Positions 26,460 through 40,613 are shown, numbered from the stretch's first letter. The stretch is DNA of 64,000 nt from Octopus vulgaris (GCA_951406725.2 OX597826.1:26784001-26848000); one strand, 5' to 3'. Numbers and translations: made by a program. The notes: generated by a model not told the origin, from the sequence alone.

Positions 26460-27757
26460 TGGCTGTCCCCTCGTTATCGAGTATGGCCATTGCACGAAGC
26501 TTAACCGTTACTGGTGCTGTGATCGAATGTGACTTTTTAGCCCAGCTAAAGATCTACAATGTCTTGTACAAAATTGACAACTAAAACCTTTACTGGTAAT
26601 AGCCGGCTGTAGTTGTAACTGGGCTTCTTGTACCTTTGTATGTCGTTTAAGTCCTCCTGCCGAATTACACTCTCTTCCACATGCCCGACAGATATGATTA
26701 GTATGGTGTGCTACACCACCACCAGTGGCCAGGTTGTCACTCATCTGTCTCGTTTTATGACTACGAAGATGACTCATGAGTCCAGCTTTACTGAGGCACA
26801 GACATTGCATGTCAGAATCAAAGGAAGACCCTTCCCTTCTGGAAGTGTAACAGCGATGCCCTTCCTGACATCCCTCCTTACTTTCTCATGTGCAACTCGA
26901 GATTTCTCAAAAGTGGCTGTCCCCTCATGCACAATCCTTCTCCACCTGCTACGACCAATAGCTATGCCTTCCCATGTGTCAGGAGAGATGCAAGCATCTC
27001 TTAAGGAAGCCTTCAGTAAGTCCTTATACCTCTTTTTTGGTTTATGTGGAGGTCGTTCTCCTTTAGCTAACTCTCCATAAAAGAGTTGTTTTGGCATCCT
27101 TGAATCCTTCATTCTGACCTGATGACTACTCCATTTGAGCCTTTGCTTTAACACAAGAGCTTCTATACTTTCACACCGAGAGCCTTCCAATATTTCAAGA
27201 TCACTGATGCGGTCCTTCCACTTAATGCCATAGATCCGTCTGAGGCACATCTGATGGAAACGTTCCGGTTGTTTAAGGTGGTATCGATATGTGACCCACG
27301 TCTCGCAGGCATAGAGAAGAGAAGGGAGCACACATGCCTTGTACACCTTTATCTTTGTCTTTCTGCGTATGTCTCGCCGACTCCAGAGGCGCTTTTCTAG
27401 CCTTCCGAAAGCAACACTTTCTTTCCTAATTCTAAATGGAATTTCATCATCCACATTGCCATATCTATTAATAGTGCTTCCCAGGTAGACAAACTGATCA
27501 ACTACATCAAGTCGTTTACCATTCACATAGATATTTGGTACACTATACTGCTTACCAGGGGCAGGTTGATGCATGACAACAGTTTTCTTGAGATTGACTG
27601 TCAATCCTAAGGCAGTGCAAGCATCAGAGAATGCATTCAAAATGTGTTGCATATCAATCTCTGTGTGTGCTACTAGCTCACAATCATCTGCATACAAAAG
27701 GTCTCTTATGATAGAGGTAAATATCTTTGTTTTTGCAGCAAATCGCCTGATATTTGT
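26460..27757 (-). pseudogene. RTE LINE 3' segment: RT from just before YADD to C-terminus, three C2H2-like zinc fingers, short 3' UTR and (TATG)n tail
   Basis: ORF 26774-27769 contains LLYADDCEL, LGLTVNLKKT, FVYLGS, LLYACETW; frameshifted continuation 26508-26810 has CLSKAGLMSHLRSH, CRACGRECNSAGGLKRH and CQFCTRHCRSLAGLKSHIRSQH; 3' hairpin ctcgataacgag. Confidence 0.92.
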
Positions 27758-28321
27758 CAGCAAAGCCACAGGAAAAGGAAGTGTTGCATAGGGACCTCAA
27801 GGATGTAAAATCATGTGTGAGACAAAAGCTCTCTCAGATGAGGGATGCGTGGTGGAGTACCAAGGGTGATGAGATACATGCGGCATCAGATTCCAATAAC
27901 ACAAAGCTGTTGTATGGTCTCTTGCGAGAAATTTATGGACCGACGTCGTCCCTGATGACACCACTTCGAAGCTGGGATAGTAAAGAACTTCATGATTCAC
28001 AAGGAATTCTGCGAAGGTGGCAAGAACACTTTGATGAACTTTTGAATCAGCAGTCTGTAGTTAGTGAGGATGTTCTCAATCTCATCCCTGGATTGCCTGT
28101 GAAGGCAGCACTCGCGGAACAACCAAAGTTGGAAGAAGTTGCAATGGCTGTCTCAATGTTGAATAATGGGAAGTCTACGGGTATGGATGGCATACATGCG
28201 GAGTTGTTACAGCATGGTGGTAAGAAACTTCTGCAGAAACTTCACTCTTTGTTTGGTAAGATATGGACTAGTGAATCTGTACCTGAGGACTGGAGAGATG
28301 CAGTAATGGTGGTCCTGTATA
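27757..28321 (+). pseudogene. RTE LINE middle segment (EN-RT linker to RT N-terminus)
   Basis: RRWQEHFDELLN, NNGKSTGMDGIHAELL, VPEDWRDAVMVVLY; breaks off just before the expected K..G..NYR motif. Confidence 0.9.
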
Positions 28322-30150
28322 TCAGGTCACTTTCGGGTGCTACTGGTAACATGTAACCCAGTGCAACCTTATGTCAGGTCACTTTCGAGTGCTACTGGTA
28401 ACATGTAACCCAGTGCAACCTGTTGCATGGTCGGGTCGTCGGCGACTAAACCGGCAACCCCACCAAGCTTGCTTGGTTTATTGGACACCCTGCGGGATGA
28501 AAAACAAAACCCGTCAAAGGGCGGAGGATCTCTTGAGAGTCAACGGCCATCCAATAAATGAGTAATTTTTTTTTAAGGCTTAAGTCTGTATGATGCGCGG
28601 GAACACAGAAATAATCGGACTGAATACCCGATCGCGCGGTTAAACCATTGGGAGTGAAGGACTCATAGCCTTTGTTAGGGCATCCTTCTAGGAGAAGGTA
28701 ACTCAGGTAACTGGGATAACACCGACATAAAACCTGCGGCTCAGTGGTTACCGATAATGTTGACTTGTTCTTCTTTTCGGATTATGGCTGCTGTTGCTTA
28801 GTGAGTGGGATTGACTCAGTGCACAGCCTTTCCTCACTTAAAAAAATCTTTTTGCACAGGCATTGCACGATAACTACATTGGATTGATTAAATTGATTAA
28901 CTAATTCATGATTGTTGATAGTGCTGTGAGTCTCAAATGAATGGCTGGCTGTTGCCTTAAAAAGCAAAAAATCAATGATGTACCAAAACAGTATAAAAAT
29001 AAATGGCAGTAAGGACTCTGGAATCACATCAGCTGAAAGAGTCTGGCCCGGCAGGGTCTCCAGAGCATCAGAGTCTGAACCCGGCCGTCATCATGCTACT
29101 GTGACAGAACCGAAGAAAATAGTGAATATTGGCTGTTGGAATGTACGGATACTGCTTGACCGCAAGTCCTCCGAATGTCCTGAAAGAAGGACTGCGCTTG
29201 TTGCGAAGGAGCTTCAACGCTATGATCGTGACGTCGTTGCTTTATCTGAGACGAGATTACCTGGAGGTGGTCATCTTACAAAATCTTGTGGAAAATATAC
29301 ATTCTTTTGGAAAGGGAGGAATGAAGAGTTTAGAGGAGAAGCTGGAGTGGCATTTGCCGTTAAGACTACTCTTGTGGACAAGTTGGAAGAATTCCCAATC
29401 GGAATTAACGAGCGTCTTATGTCCATGAGAATTCCTTTGGCTAGAGAAAATTATATGACCTTGGCGAGTGTGTATGCTCCAACTATGTGCTATACTGATG
29501 ACGAAAAGATTTTCTTTCTACCATGCTTTGAAGGGCATTATAAGAAATATCCCTCGGGCAGACAAAGTCATCGTACTGGGTGACTTTAATGCTAGAGTTG
29601 GTAGGGATTTTAACACATGGACTGTGATTGGAAAGCATGGGGTGGGGAAGTGTAATAGTAATGGCATGCTTTTGCTGCAGATGTGTGAGGAGCTGAGTCT
29701 GTGTGTTACCAATACTATGTTTCAACAAAAGAATAAGCTTAAGACTACATGGATGCACCCTGCATCTAACGAATGGCATATTCTGGATTACATCCTAGTT
29801 AGGGTGCGTGACAGACAGGATGTGCAGTGTGTTCGTGTTCTTCGTGGAGCTGAGTGTGGGACTGACCACCGCCTAGTACGTGCAAAAGTGAAATTAGTCA
29901 CAAAACGTAAACTCCGAGCTGCAGAGATTACCCTGCCTAAAAGACTGAATGTTGATCGTCTTAGGTATAATAGTGTGAAGAGAACTTTACGAGAGGAAAT
30001 GAATGCTGCAGATATTGGGGTGGATTGGCCGACCCTTAAAAAGTCAGTTTATGATATAGGCAAGAAAGTTCTGGGATTGATACAAAGAAAGCATCAGGAT
30101 TGGTTCAAAGAAAATGATGAACATATAGATGATTTATTGGCGGATAAAAG
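28322..30150 (+). pseudogene. RTE LINE 5' segment: 5' UTR plus APE endonuclease, frameshifted near 29510
   Basis: IGCWNVR, ALSETR, GVAFAV, SVYAPT, LGDFNARVG, ILDYIL, TDHRLV, HQDWF; the 5' UTR has tagggca..ctaggagaaggtaactc, which I recall as RTE-typical; 52-nt tandem duplication at the start. Confidence 0.92.
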
Positions 30151-30281
30151 ACATACATATATACATACATACATATATACATACATACATTAATACATAC
30201 ATACATACATACACACATATGTCTAGACATACATACATACATACACACGTATGTCTAGACATACAACTATGTGTTTGAGAA

Positions 30282-30467
30282 TAGGCGCAGAAATGGCTCT
30301 GTGGTAAGTAGCTTCCTTACCAACCACATGGTTTCAGGTTCAGTCCCACTGAGTGGCACCTTAGCAAACTGTCTTCTACTACGGCTTCGAGCCGACCAAA
30401 GCCTTCTGAGTGGATTTGGTAGACGGAAATTCAAAGAAGCCCGTCGTACATATATATAATAAGTGTG

Positions 30468-30534
<67 letters not shown>

Positions 30535-30720
30535 GTGTGTTTGTCACCCCACCATCGCTTGACAACCGACATTGCCATGTTTGCATCCCCGTAACTTAGC
30601 AATTCAGCAAATCAGAACGATAGAATAAGTACTAGGCTTACAAAGAATAAGTCCTGGCGTTGATTTGTTCGACTAAAAAAGGTTGTGCTCCAGCATGGCC
30701 GCAATCAAATGGCAAACACA
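30282..30720 (+). mobile_element. SINE family A full-length copy
   Basis: Colinear with 22448-22915. Confidence 0.88.
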
Positions 30721-30877
30721 TAAAATGATAGAAGAATAAAACAGAACATACAACACATACATACATACACACATACATACATACATACATACATACATAC
30801 ATACATACATACATGCATACATACATGCATGCATGCATACATACATGCATACATACATACATACATACATACATACA

Positions 30878-30911
<34 letters not shown>

Positions 30912-30955
30912 CATGCATGCAAACATACATACATACATGCATACATACGTACATA

Positions 30956-31325
30956 CAAGGAATATTATTGGAACACTCCCACAGAAATATGTATCGAATG
31001 GAAACATAATAATCCAATTGTTATTTAGGGCACCAGAAAAAAGTACGCGGTGTCATAGTTTTCAGGTGTTGACCTCGTATGAATATCACTTTGAAAATCC
31101 GTGAGGGAAGTAGGACAACTATTGACAACAGCTCCGAAATCTCCATATTCTATATCCAGATAATAATTTCACATTTATACAAATAATAACTGGTGCAATT
31201 AGATTTTCTGAGTGAATACTTAATTGATAACCTGGACAAGCTAGAGTTTTCAGAAAAAGAAATCGAGGAACTAGTACAATCTGTAAGTGCAACTGTAGAA
31301 TTATGCAAGACTGTTTCTAAGCATA
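30956..31325 (+). pseudogene. Decayed C-terminus (restriction-like endonuclease) of an RLE-type non-LTR retrotransposon
   Basis: Fragments KEYYWNTP..KHNNPIVI (HNRPDIV-like), LRNLHILYPDNNFTFIQIITGA, NLDKLEFSEKEIEEL..TVELCKT. Confidence 0.55.
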
Positions 31326-31701
31326 AAACATGACTTTGTTTTTGTTATCTACATTCCAACGACGGAAATTTGTATTATTGTTAGAAACCAGTTCCTTTCT
31401 GAGAAGAAAAATTCAAATAATTAAAATTAGAAAGACTTACATTTATAAATTAGCAAAGACGTACATTTCTACACGTACGTTCCTGCTTACATATATACAG
31501 TCATCAATCTTAAATATCCACTCATACATACATACATACATACATACATACATACATACATACATACATACATACATACATACATACATACGTATCTCTC
31601 ACCTTTATATACTAATTAAATAATGGCTTACTAGCGCAAAAGACACACTTCTGTTTGCTATTTTTCCTTTTCCTCCATTTTCTTCTGGTCTCCCTCTCTC
31701 G

Positions 31702-31746
<45 letters not shown>

Positions 31747-31915
31747 CATGCATACATACATATACACACACACATATATATATATACATATATATATCTG
31801 TATATATATAAATATATATATATATATGTATATATATGTATATATATATATATGTTTATATATATATATCAAGAACAATCTTACTTAGAAAGGGATGCGT
31901 GCGCTCCGTCATATA

Positions 31916-32132
31916 ATATATTAATAAATAAAACATATGCATATATATATACATATATGTACGTACCTACCTCTACATGTATATATACACGCATATATGA
32001 GTACAGGACACCAAAAAACGTCGAACACAATGAGAAACGAAAACATAGACACAAACCCAAGTAAATATGTAGAGGTAGGTACGTACATATATGTATATAT
32101 ATATATGCATATGTTTTATTTATTAATATATA
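31916..32132. repeat. Inverted repeat (about 65-bp arms) around a Penelope-like terminal fragment
   Basis: attaataaataaaacatatgcat...gtacgtacctacctctacat versus atgtagaggtaggtacgtac...atgcatatgttttatttattaat. Confidence 0.75.
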
Positions 32133-32683
32133 TATATATGTGTGTGTGTGTGTGTATATATATGCATATATGCCTATAGATGTGTATGCATATGCATAGA
32201 GAATTAATCTATTTGAGCATATATAGCATACACACACACATATACATACAAACACATACACACACACACACACATATACAGGTATACACATATATATGCA
32301 TACGTTTATAACGATGTATCTATCTATCTATCTATCAATATACCCACCTAGCTATCTGCGTGTGTGTGTGTGTGTGTGCTTATGTCCCGGTAGTCGATAT
32401 AACATCGAAGAGCACTATATGTTCAATTCATAAAAATACAGATAGAGCATTGACAGATACATCAATTGTCTCCGGACAGCGGTTTCTTTTCGTTGATTTT
32501 TATATTTACATTTCACTCTCGGTAAATAATGATATGGAACTGACAAGTTGCTTACATATTTGCATAAATTTTTATGTGTGCTTACACATACATTCTCAAA
32601 CACCTGCGCACGCGCTCACAATTATGCTCCTAGTTACACACATATACCATCCACCAGGTCCTATATTACAGTCTATGTATGTG

Positions 32684-32780
<97 letters not shown>

Positions 32781-32860
32781 GTATATAGATATGTATGAAT
32801 ATATATCTAAACATCTTTATATATATATATATATATATGTATGTACGTATGTCTATATGC

Positions 32861-32925
<65 letters not shown>

Positions 32926-33004
32926 CGTGTGCGTACGTTGGTGCAAATATACGAAATTGCAAAATCAAGTTTATGTTTATAAGTATGTGTGTATGTGCAT
33001 GTGC

Positions 33005-33054
<50 letters not shown>

Positions 33055-34031
33055 TTATCTTGTAGAAAGGGAGAAGTTGCGATAAAATGATAGATAGCAA
33101 GGGTAAAAGTTATTCCGACCATCAGATATAATATTTTCATATGTTAACGTGGACACATAACTTCTATATGAAGTCTTGTGAAGTTCTATCCGTGTATGAA
33201 TGGCTGTTTGTCTTCTTACAGCCTTGGGCACCAGCTTCATAATTAAGACAAGAAAAAATATAGAAATTCAACAAAGCTTCTGGACATTTCTATATTGCAC
33301 TATTCACCTGAAGTTTCAGACTAACTATCGACCGAGGTACGCTAGCGTATGATGTGATAGTTCAGGTGCTTTAGGGTATGATGTCTTTGAGTAAATTTCG
33401 CTAAATTCTATTGAATGTTTCTGATTGTACATCCGTAACCTGCAAGAATCTATGGTGCTAGACAAATTCTGCGATATATTTTATATCGAAACCTATCCAT
33501 ATAAGAAATGGTCTTGTGTTCCATAAATATTCTTTCAGCTATGATGTTTTGGTTCTGATACGAATTTGCATAAAACGTTAACATTCATTTTTGTATTCGT
33601 GAGGGCTGGGAAAGCAAGATGATACGAAGAAACACGTCGTATATTATATTTTTATGTTAATTATTTAATCTCCTCAGTATCTGACTATCGTAAATTATAT
33701 TTTATTAACCAAACGATATTACATACATACATAGAAATGTATGTACGTACAGTCATTATAATTATCATATTATTAATAATATTATTATTATTTGCTGTAC
33801 GTACATATATTCATTTATAAAATGTATATGGGAACAATGAACATCTGCAAGAGGTTTTCAACTTTAAAATGTGATACTTTTTATTTTATCTGCAATCCAA
33901 TGATGAACATTTTAATTATATCTAAGAAAGCAGATCCGTCTCTATAGACTTCAAATAATAGAAATAGAAGAGAACATCTCACTCTCTGTCTTCATCTTTC
34001 TGTCTTCCTCTGTCCTTCCATATCTAATCTA

Positions 34032-34126
<95 letters not shown>

Positions 34127-34338
34127 ATCTGTTTGTAGGTTGTGTGTATGTGTGTATATATATATATATATGTATATATATGTGTTTGTGTGTGTGTGTG
34201 TGTGTTAATATGTGTGTGTATATCATGTGATCATGTAATCGACCAGACAAACGGATGTTGTGATACATCGCTGGTCACAATGCGCTTTGCTTTGTTTCAG
34301 CTTTCGAATTATGCAATAGTTAGGCGAGCAGGAGTGAA

Positions 34339-34612
34339 GGCGCATAGCTCAGTGGTTAGAGAGTAAAGCTTACGATCGTGAGGTTGTGAGTTCGATTCCC
34401 GAATCGGGTTGTGTGTTGTGTTCTTGAGCAAGACACTTTATTCCACGTTGCTCCAGCTAACTCAGCCGTAGAAATGAGTTGCGACATCATTGGTGCAAAG
34501 CTGTATCGGCCGTTGCCTTTCCCTTGGAAAACATCTGCGGTGTAGAGAGGGGAGGGTGCCTCGGAAGGTAACTTTCTACGTACAATCCCATGGTCATTCA
34601 TGACCGAAGGGG
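34339..34612 (+). mobile_element. tRNA-derived SINE (family C head), preceded by an opposite-strand SINE tail at 34223-34330
   Basis: A box tagctcagtgg, B box gagttcgattccc, then ttcttgagcaagacactttatt; tail catgaccgaagggg also at 39365-39470. Confidence 0.85.
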
Positions 34613-34630
34613 TTCTCAACGTAGGCGAGA

Positions 34631-34696
<66 letters not shown>

Positions 34697-34754
34697 CACC
34701 CCTACACACTCGATAATACTATAAAAAGAGACAAAATTCCTGCAAAAGTTCAAT

Positions 34755-35040
34755 TCGACTCCGAAAGGATGAAAGGCAAAGTCGACCGCGGCGGAATTTG
34801 AACTCAGAACGTAGCGGCAGACAAAATACCGCTAAGCATTTCGCCTGGCGTGCTAACGATTCTGCCAGCTCGCCGCCTTAATTAGTATATAGAATAGGGG
34901 AACTAGAAAGCATTGTTAGGGGTTCGAGCAGGATGCTATGCGATTTTTGGTACGACTTCATACATTCTGCGTTCAAATCCAACCGAGATCAACACAAGCA
35001 TTCATTCATTAAAGGGCGATAAAATAACTACCAAGCTAGT
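34755..35040. mobile_element. Head-to-head SINE family B fragments (34755-34880 minus; 34900-35040 plus, degenerate)
   Basis: gaaaggatgaaaggcaaagtcgaccgcggcggaatttgaactcag...tctgccagctcgccgcctt. Confidence 0.7.
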
Positions 35041-35125
35041 GCTTAAGACTTCCCTGATATATAAGATAGACTTCGGTAATTGTTCCGGGTCTTCGTGTTG
35101 TGTTCAAATCACACCATAGACTTAC

Positions 35126-35278
35126 TTGATTGTAGACTTAATGTGTCGCTCGATTAGACACAACCACGTCACTTTGGATTTTGGATTTCTTTATCAGGGT
35201 CCCTTTTGTTGCAAGTCTTCGGGTAAAGATTCTGTTCCTCCCAAGGAGACACTGTTAATCTGGTAGGCGTTGTTTTCC
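35126..35278 (-). other. Candidate non-coding exon (153 nt)
   Basis: Minus strand reads ttttatttgttttttgtttctAG | ... caa | GTAAGT; non-repetitive sequence; stops in all three frames. Confidence 0.4.
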
Positions 35279-36155
35279 CTAGAAACAAAAAACAAATAAA
35301 AGACATTAATGCTGGCGAAAAAAAAAGAAACAAAAAGAGAAGACTCGTTTTCCTCAATTACTGCAAATTGGGCTAATTAAGAAAGAGACCTCACCTAATC
35401 ACTCGGCCAATTGCATGTACCAACCAAACAATAACAACAACAATAACTAGAACAGCATTTAATATCTTTTTTGAGTTAAAACGCTAAAAATACGAACCCT
35501 TCAAGTCACTGTGGGTGTTACACCATTTCTAGGAAATGTAAATTATTATATCAACAATGTTGGTTAGAGTGCGTTTGACCTTAATATCACAGAGTCACAC
35601 TTTGGGATAAAATATTTTGTGCCTTAGCTGTCTGGGTTTCAGAGTTTTTGTATTCTAAGACGCCTGGCTTATATCCTTTGAACGTGTATATATATATGAG
35701 TGTGTATGTGTGTGCGTGTGTGTGTGTATGCCTATGTGTGTCTGTGTACATTTGCTTCATTGTGTCTATGTCATGTTTCTTCCTCTGCCAGTGCTTGGCA
35801 ATCGGTGCTGGTTTATTTACGCTCCCGTAACTTCAATGGTACAACAGATGGAAAGAATAAGTAATAGACTTTAAAATAAAGCAACAATAAGGCTAATCAT
35901 ACTGTGTTCAATTTATTGGTGAGCATCGTTCATGGTGGTGCCCCAACATGGCCGAAGTTCAATGACTGAAGCCAGTCATAGATTACGATAAAGATATGTG
36001 TGTGTGTGTGTGGGGGGCTGGTTGTCCCTCCGTCTTTATATGTACATACACTTGTCAATAACTATAAAAAACACACGCGCACACAAAAAAACTAACACAA
36101 CACACACACACACATATATATATACATATATTCACATGCACATATATACACACAC

Positions 36156-36193
<38 letters not shown>

Positions 36194-36320
36194 TAAGAAA
36201 CAATAAAATATGTAGGCAGTCACTCTCTATACACACACACTTACACAAACATAAATATATATAAATGCACACAAGCATAAATTTATATACATGCGCGCAC
36301 ACTTACACGCGAGCACAAAT

Positions 36321-36358
<38 letters not shown>

Positions 36359-37396
36359 GTATATATGTATGTGCGTATATATATATATATATGTATGATC
36401 GTATGTTTGCATGCATGTATATATTTATATGTTTGTATGCATGTATGTATATCTGTATGTATGTATATCTGTATGTATGTTATCTGTATGTATGTTTGTA
36501 TGTATGTATGTATGTATGTATGTATGTATGTATGTATGTATGCATGTATGTATATAGACTACATTCTTTACCCAATTACCCCTGGAAGTTCCAATCTACA
36601 CAACGTGAATCTAAAAAAAAAAGAAAAGAAAAATAATTATATAAAGGCCATCATAGATATTCCTGCAATTATATTATTCTGCATCAGTGTCTATATCTGT
36701 GTCTCTATCTGTCTGGACGTTTAATACCCTGGCTACGCATTCATAAACATATGTCGAAAAATGCTCAACATCCGTTCTGGGATATAAGCAGTTGAATGCA
36801 GAAGCATAGACGCACATGTATGCGTAAAAAAAAAAACATGCATAACTACGAATGGGAAACGAAATAATTATTTCTAAGCATCAAAGTCCTCTTACACAGA
36901 AGGCAATTATTCTCTGTGTGACTGTCTGGATGTTGGTTGGTCACATCCAGCCTCCCCGCCATCATTCCCGCTTTGTCATTCTTTCGCCCTTACTTTCTCA
37001 CACAGTGTGTAATTTTGCGACACCTCTCTCTTTCACTGCTCTCCTGCTCTGTCGTATTGTATTTATGTCTCGTGTCCTCCAACTGTATATACTTTCATCA
37101 CTCGACCAGTTTATGTTATACGCGCCATCACAAATCCATGCGTATAAAAGCACATACGGGCGCAAATGCATATAAATATATACGCATATGTGTGTACATG
37201 CATGCATATACATATGTGTGTGTGTGTTTGTGTGTTTGTGTGTGTATATACGTATATACACATATGTACATCTATATGATTATAGCCAAGCAGATATATA
37301 GAGACATGCTTATATGCATACAGATGTATACAAATATATTTGAGTCTGTATAAATTTCTACATACGAGTGTATGTACCTACGTGTGTATATACATG

Positions 37397-37431
<35 letters not shown>

Positions 37432-37506
37432 GTATATATATAGGTTTATTTATACATGGCTAAATATCTATGTGTGTATAGATGATAGTGTGTGTGTTTG
37501 TGTGTG

Positions 37507-37552
<46 letters not shown>

Positions 37553-37684
37553 CGTTCATATACTTATAGTCATGCAGGTACACAGAGGTCCTTGCTTATA
37601 TGCATACCAATATATACAAATATATCGGAGTGTATATACATTTCTACAGACACGTCTATATACTCGTCTAGACATGAGTGTGTG

Positions 37685-37762
<78 letters not shown>

Positions 37763-38075
37763 TGTGTTTGACAGAGGATAAACGAAAAGCTAGCAACCGA
37801 CATTTGTTTAAAATTTTTAATTGTCATATGGACGGCAATTCAGAATTGTAAAGCTGAAGGTTATCATAAAGTACATTAAAAATGCGTAGTATTATATAAA
37901 TTCAAAATCATAATTGTATGGCCGTGTATGTAATTGGTGCTTGATAAAATCTCAGCTGGCGAATACGGTTGTATGAGATGGGTTTTCGACGTATAAAACG
38001 TATATAAAACTATCGATATATTGATATACATACATATGTATATCCTCACATAAACATATACATATATATTTATTT

Positions 38076-38112
<37 letters not shown>

Positions 38113-38157
38113 CACATAGATAGATATATACATACATACATAGACAGACAGATAGAC

Positions 38158-38222
<65 letters not shown>

Positions 38223-38311
38223 CGTAGGTAGATAGATAGATAGATAGATAGATGGATAGGCAGATAGATTGATAGATGGATGGATAGAAAGATAGATAGA
38301 TAAACAGACAC

Positions 38312-38349
<38 letters not shown>

Positions 38350-39083
38350 CGATAGATAGATAGATGTTACAGGATTGAAGATTTTGGCTTTTCTTCCTAT
38401 GTCTATAAACTGAATTTTAAATTTAATACCGATTTGGATCCAATAAATTATTGCATCGAGACACAGACGAGTAAACACTGAGCATCAACATTAGGCATTA
38501 TATGCCTAACATACAATTCATAAGAAACCTAATTTCCAGCGAAATCCCACGTAATAGCACCTGCACTCAGACTCACACATACCTACGTAAATATATGCGT
38601 GTGCGCGCGCGCATGTGTGTACGTATGTTTGTATGTATGTATATATGTAGGTATGTATGTATGAAGCATAGCAAAATTATATTAACAGTGCCTTCGAAGT
38701 GCCGGCCTACCAAGCCATTAACGGACTAGGGTGCGCTGTCAATACTTTACTAAAAATAATATATACGTACCCTACGAAAAGTAGAGTATACCATCAGTTT
38801 AATTTAATATTGTCATACATATCACTTGACAAAAAAAAGGAATCGGCCGAAGAATTTTGTGAGCTCTGAACAAAAGGTTTAGCAACATTTGCTCCGTTTT
38901 TATGTCTGGCATTGGAATTCCGGTGATGTCGACATTGCCTATCGTTCCATCGACGTCGATAATATAGGTACCAGTCGAACGCTGGAGTCGATGTAATCGA
39001 CTAACCCCATCTCCATAATTCGAAACCTTTGATCAAACTTTGCAATTATTATAGCTTTCACAGAAAAACAAACAGTAATATGA

Positions 39084-39125
<42 letters not shown>

Positions 39126-39179
39126 TCATATTACATATATATATATCTGTAAATATAATGTGATAATTATTCGGTAGCC

Positions 39180-39238
39180 ATGATAAAACTCCGATTTTCG
39201 GATGTCAGGGAGGGAACCGAAACTCGGAGTTTTATCAT
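39180..39238. repeat. 22-bp stem hairpin within a (TA)n-flanked insert
   Basis: atgataaaactccgattttcgg [15 nt] ccgaaactcggagttttatcat; one mismatch. Confidence 0.8.
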
Positions 39239-39308
39239 ATTAAATTTACAGATAATTTCGTCTTTTTACATAATATCGATGTCTCTTTTATTCCTTTGCT
39301 TTCTTACC

Positions 39309-39369
<61 letters not shown>

Positions 39370-39664
39370 TGGGCAACTGCTGGTCTTCCATAAACAACCC
39401 TGTCCGGACTTGTGCCTGGGAGGGTAAATTCCTAGGTGCAATCCCAGTGTCAGTCATGACCGAAGGGGGTCTCTCTCTCATATATTGAACCACAACCCTT
39501 TACAAGCTATGACCCCTAACAAACTTCATACAATTCTTAGAAGTGTAGTATATTCTTAGCTACATTATTAGCAGCATAAACTCTTTCCCTCTTCTCGCTC
39601 TTTTAGAAAATTTGAATAAAATTGTATCAATGTGTCCAACTGATTAAAAATTTTATTTGTTGAT

Positions 39665-39745
39665 ACAGCTGAGGATAGCCCTGCATTTAAATTGATGTAA
39701 TGATTGCACTATTCAATTAAATGGAGCCGCCTGAAACGGTTATAG
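39665..39745 (+). ncRNA. Decayed hammerhead motif, paralogue of 53981-54066
   Basis: CTGAGGA-tagc..catttaaattga/tcaattaaatg..gcct-GAAA-cggt; 3' strand degenerate. Confidence 0.45.
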
Positions 39746-39903
39746 TTATGTGCATGAGTGGGTGAACATTCAAAGAAAAGTAGATTCAACACATACAGAT
39801 TCAAATTGTATTTGTTGAGTAAAGAAGTCGAGTTAATCTCTGATTATTCTTTAAATTCGTGGGAGTGAAAGCAGCCCATCTCCCTATACAATTGGCAGTA
39901 TAT

Positions 39904-39939
<36 letters not shown>

Positions 39940-40466
39940 ATTTGTGTTTACAATGCGGATATTCGTACGTGCATATCCATTGTGATGAAATACCAATACA
40001 TGAATAACACTACCTTCTATATTCCGAAGCGATCATGTTGTCACTTGTACAAGAAATTTCAGGCCATCGCACTCCGTTCCTCAAGATTTCCTCTGCGTAA
40101 TCTTTGGTAATGGAAGATTCTGAAGATTTGATGTGAGAAAGCAAAACTATCATTGAATACTTCCTCTTAGCATTGTGTCATTATTTGCGTATTATACAAA
40201 ATCATTTTGATTCTAAATTTTACGATGGAAAAGAAAGTACTTCTGAATTGTGACCTTTGGTCCTTGTTACTTACGCATAAAGATGGTGTTTCATGTTGTC
40301 CGTGTTCTAGTCATTAGACTGTGGACATCTTGAGGCACCGCCTTCGAAAGGTTTTTAGTCAAAAGAATCGACCACAATACTTTTAAATCCCTTACTTATT
40401 CTATCGGTCTCTTTCGCTGAATCGCTAATTTACAGGGACATAAAGAAGCCAACTGTACTACGCTTA

Positions 40467-40525
<59 letters not shown>

Positions 40526-40564
40526 TTATTTATTTATTTATTTATATTTATATATATATATATA

Positions 40565-40613
<49 letters not shown>

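Noticed and set aside
26628-29779. Antisense and alternate-frame ORFs overlapping the RTE
   Set aside because: Shadow ORFs of the LINE coding sequence
40120-40160. CTGAAGA...GAAA spacing
   Set aside because: No convincing stems; expected by chance in AT-rich DNA
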